NCBI RefSeq assembly: GCF_019464535.1
Contig: NZ_CP080507.1
Location: 3,630,001 to 3,662,000, forward strand
Direction of reading: 5' to 3'
Length of the DNA stretch: 32,000 nt
Source of the DNA: Horticoccus luteus
GTDB lineage: Bacteria; Verrucomicrobiota; Verrucomicrobiia; Opitutales; Opitutaceae
The notes under the pieces are model-generated. The model ran no database searches. It saw nothing but the letters and a program-made list of their open reading frames with translations, and had not been told where the DNA came from. Shown here one piece after another: positions 25,848-32,000 of this stretch (position 1 is the first letter of the stretch; the number at the start of each line of letters is the position of its first letter). Both the position numbers and the translations under genes were made by a program.

Positions 25848-25867
25848 CGGGAATCGAACCATTCCCG
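25848..25867. promoter_or_regulatory. perfect 7-bp inverted repeat CGGGAAT-N6-ATTCCCG (candidate operator or leader hairpin; resembles a tRNA T-arm)
   Basis: cgggaat at 25848..25854, cgaacc at 25855..25860, attcccg at 25861..25867. The minus strand contains GGTTCGATTCC. It lies about 100 nt upstream of the receptor ATG. Confidence 0.25.
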
Positions 25868-26160
25868 ATCATGGCACACCCGGCGGACACGCACTGACCG
25901 AGGGAGCACGAAGTGACGGGGATAGCGGGGCCAACCAAGACATGGTCCAGCATGTGCAGGATGGTTCGCGTTACCCGCAAAACAAATGAGGTCGCATTTC
26001 GTGCCCGTTGAACAAAAATGCTGGTCCGCGGCACGCGAGCCGCCTCGCCCACCGTCCGTCACGCCGAGCCCAGTGTGAGCGCGCAGCAAAATCACGCCGT
26101 CGCGGCAAGATGCTGGGCGTTTGGTTTTGGCGCGGGCCGCCCGCTCTCCATCGTCCGTTT

Positions 26161-27483
26161 ATGGCGACTGTCCTGGCTCCCGCACTCGATCGGCCCACGC
26201 TGATGGTGACTCCCTCCGCACGGATCCTTAAACGCTTCTATTTTATCGAACGTGAGTTGATCCGCCAGCAAGCCGGCTGGCTGCCCGCCGTCACGCATTG
26301 GGAAACCAAACTCCTGCTGCCGGAGTTGATGTGGGAAAACTCCCTGCTCGCCCGCGCACTCCGCGAACGCGTCCTCGAACTTCGCTACCCTGAACGCCGG
26401 CTGACGATCGACGAAGAGGGCGCCGTGCTCAGTTTTTTCCAACGTCTCGCCAACGCCCCCTCCGCCGAGGCCTTCGTGCTCGCGCTCGGACGCGCGGTGC
26501 GGCCGTTGCTGCGGCGCGCGTATCAGGACTACCTCTCCGTGTCCGACCACTTGGACGACGGCCCGACGCAATTCCTGTTGCGACACGGCCTGACGGATCT
26601 GGACCACCAAATCTCCCGGCTCGAACAAGTGAGCGGCGCCGCCCTCGCGGCCGCGTCTCCGGCTGTCGTCGACGATGCCGCGGCCTGGTGTCGCGCCGTC
26701 AGCGCCGCGCTCGCCGAGGCCCTCTCGCCGCCCCTGTGGGCAGACGCCGCGGAAGACGCAGCGTTCGCGGCGCCGCAACTCGCCGCCCTTGAACGCCCGT
26801 TTCAAATCTCGCGCACCGGTGGGCGCGATGCGCGCTTTGATCGCGTCGCCTTCGCCTGGCCCGACCGCCACACGCCCGCCCCCGCCGGCGAGGGCCTTCG
26901 CTTGCGCGCCCGCCAGGCAATCCATCACGTCAACGAAGTTTGGGCCGCCGAGATGGCCGCCGCGTGCCTCTACGACTTCGCTCCGACCGCCCCGCACGAG
27001 TTCATCGAGGACGCCGCCCGCTGGTGCTACGACGAAATCCGCCACTGCCGCATGGGCTACGAGCGGCTCAAGCGCTGGGGCTTCACCGACTCTGAGATTC
27101 CGCTCGACTCCTTCTCCTACGACGCCGGCGCCGACCTCGCGCCCATCGTGCGTCTTGGCATCATTTTCTATTTCGAAGCCACGTTCATCCACACGAAAAA
27201 GGAACGCACCGTTCTCTTCAGCGAACTCGGCGACCAGCTCAGCTCGCATGATATGGATTTCGATTGGGCTGACGAACTCATCCATACGCACTACGGCAAA
27301 AAATGGTTGGAAAAATTCCTCGCGACCACCGCCGGAGACGAAACGCTCAGCAGCCTCAAGGCCACGGCGCGCGAAGCCGTCTTCCAACGCCTCGCACGCG
27401 CGACGCCCGAAGACAAAGCCGCCACCGCGCAGGTCGCCGAACGCGCCATGGCGAAGATGGCGAAGTCCGCGGCCCTCAACTGA
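26161..27483 (+). CDS. ferritin-like (DUF455-like) di-iron carboxylate domain protein
   Basis: I place the start at the ATG at 26161 (MATVLAPALDRP...). The TTG at 26008 would add an Arg-rich 51-aa leader. The C-terminal half has an E...ExxH...E...ExxH arrangement: EVWAAEMAAA, DEIRH (E 27034..27036, H 27043..27045), YFEATFIH, DELIH (E 27274..27276, H 27283..27285). Confidence 0.6.
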   Translation: MATVLAPALDRPTLMVTPSARILKRFYFIERELIRQQAGWLPAVTHWETKLLLPELMWENSLLARALRERVLELRYPERRLTIDEEGAVLSFFQRLANAPSAEAFVLALGRAVRPLLRRAYQDYLSVSDHLDDGPTQFLLRHGLTDLDHQISRLEQVSGAALAAASPAVVDDAAAWCRAVSAALAEALSPPLWADAAEDAAFAAPQLAALERPFQISRTGGRDARFDRVAFAWPDRHTPAPAGEGLRLRARQAIHHVNEVWAAEMAAACLYDFAPTAPHEFIEDAARWCYDEIRHCRMGYERLKRWGFTDSEIPLDSFSYDAGADLAPIVRLGIIFYFEATFIHTKKERTVLFSELGDQLSSHDMDFDWADELIHTHYGKKWLEKFLATTAGDETLSSLKATAREAVFQRLARATPEDKAATAQVAERAMAKMAKSAALN

Positions 27484-27535
27484 GCGAGCGCGCGCTCCCA
27501 GCCGCGCCGCGAAACACCTGCGCTCGCATGAGCGC
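27482..27535. terminator. GC-rich palindromes between convergent genes (weak terminator candidates)
   Basis: gagcg-agcgcg-cgctc at 27482..27497, and gcgctc-gcat-gagcgc at 27520..27535, in the 99-nt gap between the ferritin-like stop (27483) and the GH28 stop (27583). Neither is followed by a T/U run. Confidence 0.2.
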
Positions 27536-27582
27536 GCATATCCCGCCCACGTAGCCCGCGGGCCAGACGCGCCGCTCCACGC

Positions 27583-29268
27583 TCAGTTCGCCACCGCGCG
27601 CCCGTCGCTCCACCGCAAACCCGTTACGTCCTTTCGCACGAGATTTCTTTCCGCTTCGCCGGGAAACGCGACGCGATCCAGCACGGCGCCGTCGACCTTT
27701 TCCAACACCATTGCGGGCCGCGCATCCGCGTGCGCCAGCCGCAGGTCCACCCGATCGAGCGACAGGTTTTTCACGTTCCGCGCAAAAAGCCCCCACGCCG
27801 GGCGCACACCGAGGCCGGATGGCTCCGGGTAATAAAACCGTTCGTCTTCCGGCACGCGCCCGCGCGCCTGCTCCGCCGTGCCGCCGCCGACGTAGTCGAT
27901 CAAGATGTTGCTCAACGAAACATCTTCCACGGGATGCCCCGGCGTGCCCACGATGAGGATGCCGCCATCCGCCGCGACGGCGTGTGCGACGAGCGTATCG
28001 ATCTTGATGCGCCGCGTCGTGCCGATCGCCGGTTGCTCCGGTCCGCGCTGCCGCCGGCCGAGGCGGATGAAAATCGGCGCGTTCGTGATGTCGCGCATCG
28101 TCAGTCCCGTAATCGTGATGTCTTCCATCTGCGCGCCATCCACCGCCTCCAGCGCCAGCCCGCGGCTGTAGTCGAACGTGCAATTCGACACCGTGATATT
28201 GCGAAATCCGCCGTTCGACTCCGTGCCAAACTTGATGCGACCGGTCGGCCCGCGTTCACCGAAATCCGCCTTGCGTCGCGTGCCATCGAGCAAGGTGCCC
28301 TCGGCAAAGCCGCTCACCTGGCAGTTCGTGATCGTGACATTCTCCGTCATCCGCACAAACCCCAGACCATAGCTGCTCTTCAGGCAGATGCCGTCGTCGT
28401 AAGGAGAATTGACGATGCAGTTCGAGACGCGCACGCCCTGACAGCAGTCGATATCGATGCCATCGCGGTTCGTATCGATGGTGAGATTATCGCAAGTCCA
28501 GTTGTCCACGCCGGTGGCCAGCACCGCAAAGTGGCCGCCATGATAGATCGTGAAGTCGCGGAAGATGACATTGCGGCAGTTCTTCAACGCGATCGCCTTG
28601 TTGCCCACGCCCGGCGGCAGCAGGTCGTCGCCCGGGTAGCCAAACGGACCTGTCTTCTGCGCGTGCAACGCCGCCTGAAACGCGGGCAGCGCGGCGAACG
28701 ATAGTTCCGGCACCGCCGACTGCGTGCGTTCCTCCGGCAGCAAATCGCGCCGCACCCCGCCTTTCCCACGACTCAACCCACGCCCATAAATTCGCCCGGG
28801 GCCCACGATGCCAATGTCCACCAGCCCCTCGCCCCAAATCAAACTGTTGTGCCAGTGCGAATGACCAAAGTCCTGATATTGATCGGTGCCGGGATTCGCT
28901 TCCGGCGCATCGTATCCCTGCTCCAGGTTCGCCGGCGGTTCCGCCGCGACGATCGTAGCTCCTGGCGCCAAAAACAGCGTGACGTGGCTCCGCAACCGAA
29001 TCGAAAACGTGAGATAATCACCCGCTAGAAACGTCACCACGCCGCCGCCCGCCCCCGCCGCCGCCGCGATTGCTTGGTTGACCGCCTCCGTGTCCAACGT
29101 CTTTCCGTCGCCCGCCGCGCCGAAGTCTTTCACGTCGAAATTTCCCGCCGCCGCCCGTGCGCCCGGCGCCAGCGCGACGACCAGCAGCAGGACTGCCACC
29201 GTCATGGCTCCACCGATTTTACGGCACGATTTCATCGGCCGGCAGGAAAACGTTGAGAAAGTCATCAT
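27583..29268 (-). CDS. glycoside hydrolase family 28-like (polygalacturonase-type) right-handed beta-helix protein
   Basis: Signal region MMTFSTFSCRPMKSCRKIGGAMTVAVLLLVVALAPGARA. FDVKDFGAAGDGKTLDTEAVNQAIAAA...GGVVTFLAGDYL is the typical pectate_lyase_3/GH28 N-terminus. NRDGIDIDCCQGVRVSNC, YDDGICLKSS and GRIKFGTES correspond to the GH28 N-x-DGID / G-DD-x-KS / R-IK blocks. Alternative start at the ATG at 29235. Confidence 0.75.
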   Translation of the reverse strand: MMTFSTFSCRPMKSCRKIGGAMTVAVLLLVVALAPGARAAAGNFDVKDFGAAGDGKTLDTEAVNQAIAAAAGAGGGVVTFLAGDYLTFSIRLRSHVTLFLAPGATIVAAEPPANLEQGYDAPEANPGTDQYQDFGHSHWHNSLIWGEGLVDIGIVGPGRIYGRGLSRGKGGVRRDLLPEERTQSAVPELSFAALPAFQAALHAQKTGPFGYPGDDLLPPGVGNKAIALKNCRNVIFRDFTIYHGGHFAVLATGVDNWTCDNLTIDTNRDGIDIDCCQGVRVSNCIVNSPYDDGICLKSSYGLGFVRMTENVTITNCQVSGFAEGTLLDGTRRKADFGERGPTGRIKFGTESNGGFRNITVSNCTFDYSRGLALEAVDGAQMEDITITGLTMRDITNAPIFIRLGRRQRGPEQPAIGTTRRIKIDTLVAHAVAADGGILIVGTPGHPVEDVSLSNILIDYVGGGTAEQARGRVPEDERFYYPEPSGLGVRPAWGLFARNVKNLSLDRVDLRLAHADARPAMVLEKVDGAVLDRVAFPGEAERNLVRKDVTGLRWSDGRAVAN

Positions 29269-29580
29269 GAGATCGCCGTTCGTAAGGGGTTGAAGGGATG
29301 GAAGACCACCGACCCCGATCCCGATTGCGAATCGTCCGGCAAATCACAACCGGGAAATCGCGCGGATCGCCGAGCTTCCGCGACCGCGCGCGACCTCGCT
29401 CACTGGCGAGATTCTCCGCGCAGATGATCCGCTAGCATTTTCGGTCGGATGACACAAAAGGCTGGCTCAATTCGGTTGTCTGCGCGTTCCGCCCTCGACT
29501 GAGTCCCCCGAAATCTATGGGCGAAACTCTCCGCCCTGCTCTGCCCTGCCCCCCACTTCGTCTCGCACGTTTTTCGCTTT
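29269..29580. promoter_or_regulatory. divergent intergenic region between the GH28-like gene and the repeat-protein gene (promoters inferred)
   Basis: A 312-nt gap between divergently oriented genes. It holds only short 4-5 bp stems, and no Shine-Dalgarno sequence precedes the ATG at 29581. Confidence 0.35.
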
Positions 29581-32000
29581 ATGAAATCGACCCGCCTTGC
29601 GCTCCTCGGCTTCGCCGCCGCCCTCCTCACCCCTCTCTCGCTGGTGCACGCCGGCGATGGCTATGCCAACGGCACCAGCGGCACCGACACGTGGAACGAT
29701 GCCGCCGCGTCCCTCAAGTGGACCAGCGACGCGGGCGTGACCTTCGTCGCCCCCACTGCCGGCAACGTTTACCACACCAACGGCAACAACGTGAAAGCCG
29801 GCCAGATCGGCGTGCCCTCTGATTTGGGCGCCGCGGGCGCCACCACCTTTGCCGGCGATCAACTGATCGTCGACGGCTACAGCGCCGCCTCGGGCGGGAC
29901 CAGCAATGCCACGGCCGGCAAACTGATCTTCGAGCAAGGCAACACCGCCAACAATGTTCAGGCCAGCGGCCCGCGCCAAACGCCCTCCAGCTACTACCGC
30001 GCCGAATACACCGCCAACATCGTCACCGCGCCGACGACCGGCGCGGACGTGCGCACCCTTCAAGGCAGCACCGGGTTGATCACGCTCAAGGGCACGTTGA
30101 CGCTCAATGGCACGACGAATTTCTTCCTTCCGAGCAAGGTGAGCGACATGCGCTTCAACATCGAAGCCGCGCTGTCCGGGTCCGGCGATATCGTGATCAA
30201 CGGCGGATCGGCGGGTGGCACCACCACCAACGGATTCGTGACCTGGGCGTTTGGCGACATGTCCCAGTGGCATGGCACCGCGATCACCGTGGCCAACAAG
30301 CACACCATCGCCTTCACCCAGAACACCGACTTTTACACCACCAACCCCACGCTCCAGTTGGATTTCTCCAACACCTCCGCAGGCTTTATCAACCTTTCGG
30401 CCAACGTTTCCGTCGGCAGCGGCAAGGTCAAGATCGCCACCGGCACCTCCAAGAATCCCGCGACGTTCACGCTGCTCGACGGCATTTATACGGTTTACGA
30501 TCTCAATGCCCTCGCGATCGCCCAATCGGCGAGCGGAGCGCCTTACTCCGCCCAGACTTGGGCCAGCGAAGGCGCCGGCTACGACGCCGCCGGCACCACC
30601 TACAAACTCTACGTCGGCCAGGCTCTCCCCGCGACTGCACCGACCATCTCCACCCAGCCCGCCAGCAAGGCCGTTTTCGCCGGCAGCTCCGTCACCTTCT
30701 CCGTCGTCGCCACCGGCACCCCTGCGCCAACGTATCAATGGCAGAAGGACGGCTCGCCCTTGGCCGGTAAAACCGACGCCAGTCTCTCGCTGACCAACGT
30801 TTCTTCCGCCGAGGCCGGCGACTACGCCGTCGTCGTCACCAATGTCGGCGGCACCGTCACCAGCAATGTCGCCACGCTGACCGTGCAAACTGTCGCGGTT
30901 GCCCCGAGTTTCACCGCCCAGCCGCAAAGCAAAACCAGCTACGCAGGCACGACCGTCACGTTCACCGCCACCGCGACCGGCACCCCCGCGCCGACTTACA
31001 CGTGGCAGCTCAACGGCACCGCCATCGCCGGCGCGACCACCGCGACTCTCACGCGCTCCAGCATTTCCGACGCCTCCGCGGGCACCTACACCTGCGTTGC
31101 GACCAATAGCGCCGGCTTCGCCACCAGCACGGGGGCCGTCCTCACCGTGACGCCCCTGCCGACCGGCGTGCAGGCTTACGCCAATGCCAACGCCACCGGT
31201 TCGAGCGACAACTGGAATGCCGCCAAGGACGCCGTGCAATGGACCTTTGATGCCGGCACCACCTACCTCGCTGCTTCCACCGGCAACACCTACCACACCA
31301 ACGGCTACACGATCCGCGCTGGTCACGCCGCCACGGTGGCGCCCCTCGCTCCGGGCGTCTCCACCTTCAACGGCGCCACGCTCGTCGTTGACGCTTTCAG
31401 CTCCGCTTCGCAGTTGACCGACAATTCTGCGGCTGGCGGCGGCACCTTGAATTTCGAGCCCGCCTCCACCGGCGCCGGCCCGCGCCTCTCGCCCACGTCG
31501 ACCACGCGCGCGGCCTTTACGGCGAACATCGTCACCACCGCCACCCCTCTCGTCGATCAACCGCGCAACATTCGCACCAACACCGGTTCCGCCACGCTCG
31601 ACGGCACCTTGGTGCTCAATGGCAAGACCGTCTTCAGCATCCCCGGCAGCGTGACCGACGTCTTGTTCGATATTAATTCGCCTGTCACCGGCGCCGGCAG
31701 CATCGAGCTCAGCGGCGGCTCGTCTGGCGCCGGCACCGCCAACGGCTTCGTCACCTGGGCTTTTCACAACTTGAATGGTTGGACGGGCGCGAGCCTCGCC
31801 GTGATGCACCATCACACCGTCAGCTTCGCCGGCCCGACCGATCTTTACCGCACCAACCCGGCCGGTGCGGTTGTCTTGGGCTCCACGAGCTCCCCTTCCT
31901 CCGGCTATCTGAACATCCAGGCAGATGTCTCGTTCGGCAGCGGTAAGCTTTCGATTATCACCGGCAGCGCGACCACGCCCGTGACCACCGTCATTCCCGA
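29581..32000 (+). CDS. large secreted repeat protein with two Ig-like (I-set-type) domains, 3-prime end outside the window
   Basis: Not in the supplied track because it has no in-window stop. Frame 1 has TGA at 29500..29502 and then stays open to 32000; the track lists no frame-1 ORF here, and my hand translation found no stop. The ATG at 29581 gives MKSTRLALLGFAAALLTPLSLVHA|GDGYANGTSG..., a clean signal peptide. Two Ig-like units carry TGTPAPTYQWQKDG...LSLTNVSSAEAGDYAVVVTN and TGTPAPTYTWQLNG...SISDASAGTYTCVATN. Confidence 0.8.
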   Translation, partial: MKSTRLALLGFAAALLTPLSLVHAGDGYANGTSGTDTWNDAAASLKWTSDAGVTFVAPTAGNVYHTNGNNVKAGQIGVPSDLGAAGATTFAGDQLIVDGYSAASGGTSNATAGKLIFEQGNTANNVQASGPRQTPSSYYRAEYTANIVTAPTTGADVRTLQGSTGLITLKGTLTLNGTTNFFLPSKVSDMRFNIEAALSGSGDIVINGGSAGGTTTNGFVTWAFGDMSQWHGTAITVANKHTIAFTQNTDFYTTNPTLQLDFSNTSAGFINLSANVSVGSGKVKIATGTSKNPATFTLLDGIYTVYDLNALAIAQSASGAPYSAQTWASEGAGYDAAGTTYKLYVGQALPATAPTISTQPASKAVFAGSSVTFSVVATGTPAPTYQWQKDGSPLAGKTDASLSLTNVSSAEAGDYAVVVTNVGGTVTSNVATLTVQTVAVAPSFTAQPQSKTSYAGTTVTFTATATGTPAPTYTWQLNGTAIAGATTATLTRSSISDASAGTYTCVATNSAGFATSTGAVLTVTPLPTGVQAYANANATGSSDNWNAAKDAVQWTFDAGTTYLAASTGNTYHTNGYTIRAGHAATVAPLAPGVSTFNGATLVVDAFSSASQLTDNSAAGGGTLNFEPASTGAGPRLSPTSTTRAAFTANIVTTATPLVDQPRNIRTNTGSATLDGTLVLNGKTVFSIPGSVTDVLFDINSPVTGAGSIELSGGSSGAGTANGFVTWAFHNLNGWTGASLAVMHHHTVSFAGPTDLYRTNPAGAVVLGSTSSPSSGYLNIQADVSFGSGKLSIITGSATTPVTTVIP
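30637..31152 (+). repeat. tandem pair of ~85-aa Ig-like domain coding repeats
   Basis: Unit 1 spans 30637..30897 (PTISTQPASKAVFAGSSVTFSVVATGTPAPTYQWQKDGSPLAGKTDASLSLTNVSSAEAGDYAVVVTNVGGTVTSNVATLTV). Unit 2 spans 30898..31152 (VAPSFTAQPQSKTSYAGTTVTFTATATGTPAPTYTWQLNGTAIAGATTATLTRSSISDASAGTYTCVATNSAGFATSTGAVLTV). Confidence 0.8.

Larger units (their letters stand above)
25752..26160. promoter_or_regulatory. divergent intergenic region between the receptor operon and the ferritin-like gene (promoters inferred, not located)
   Basis: A 409-nt non-coding gap between two divergently oriented genes, locally lower in GC (for example 25960..26020). I could not find a convincing -35/-10 pair by eye. 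Confidence 0.4.

Noticed and set aside
25790-25900. Possible tRNA gene suggested by GGTTCGATTCC on the minus strand
   Set aside because: The 5-prime T-stem strand (AATGG) does not pair with CCCGC. No acceptor 5-prime strand (AGGCCGG) or anticodon arm can be found in the ~70 nt upstream. I report it only as a fragment or inverted repeat.
25748-26198. Small ORFs in the divergent intergenic region: 115 aa, 80 aa and 75 aa on the minus strand, and the tail of a 147-aa ORF on the plus strand
   Set aside because: They are mutually overlapping, have no motifs, show odd composition, and several use non-ATG starts. There is no support for coding.
26092-27387. 431-aa minus-strand ORF and the 385-aa plus-strand frame-shifted ORF (26675..27832) over the ferritin-like gene
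   Set aside because: These are shadow ORFs with Gly/Arg/Ala- or Pro/Ser/Arg-rich products. The frame starting at 26161 carries the ordered E/ExxH/E/ExxH motif set.
29515-31815. 766-aa minus-strand ORF, the longest ORF the track lists in this region
   Set aside because: Its product is a Gly/Arg/Ala-rich low-complexity string with no signal peptide or domain. The opposite strand in frame 1 encodes a signal peptide plus Ig-like domains, so this is a typical high-GC antisense shadow ORF.
1-32000. CRISPR arrays, IS elements, transposases, integrases, toxin-antitoxin or defence-system genes
   Set aside because: I found no regularly spaced direct repeats and no ORF with transposase, integrase, nuclease or ATPase motifs. 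Every long ORF with a credible product is a CAZyme-type, transport or surface protein.

Overview
This is a high-GC bacterial window; the protein styles suggest Verrucomicrobiota/Opitutales-like, but that is inference only. One minus-strand, unidirectional block of 13 genes (272..25751, about 25.5 kb) dominates it and reads like a SusD-less polysaccharide-utilisation operon. In transcription order it encodes: a ~1200-aa TonB-dependent receptor; two DUF4838-type proteins (paralogs labelled P1-P5 by coordinate; these are P5 and P4); a PL1 pectate lyase; a GH36-like enzyme; a GH31 enzyme; two more DUF4838-type proteins (P3, P2); a PL10-like lyase; an SGSH-like formylglycine sulfatase; a fifth DUF4838-type protein (P1); a PhoD-like phosphatase; and a secreted TonB-C-domain protein. 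Six gene junctions have overlapping stop and start codons. To the right lie a divergent ferritin-like di-iron protein, a convergent GH28-like beta-helix hydrolase, and a large secreted repeat/Ig-domain protein. That last gene runs off the window end, so it is missing from the supplied ORF track; the track lists only its 766-aa antisense shadow. I found no rRNA or tRNA gene, CRISPR array, transposase, integrase or transcription regulator. The most interesting content is the five-fold expansion of an uncharacterised enzyme-like family carrying a conserved C...CxCxxC cysteine cluster inside a pectin-lyase/sulfatase locus. Also of note are an EF-hand loop in the receptor N-terminus, a G9 tract, and a tRNA-T-arm-like inverted repeat in the receptor leader. 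All family calls come from motif recognition by eye; no searches were run.
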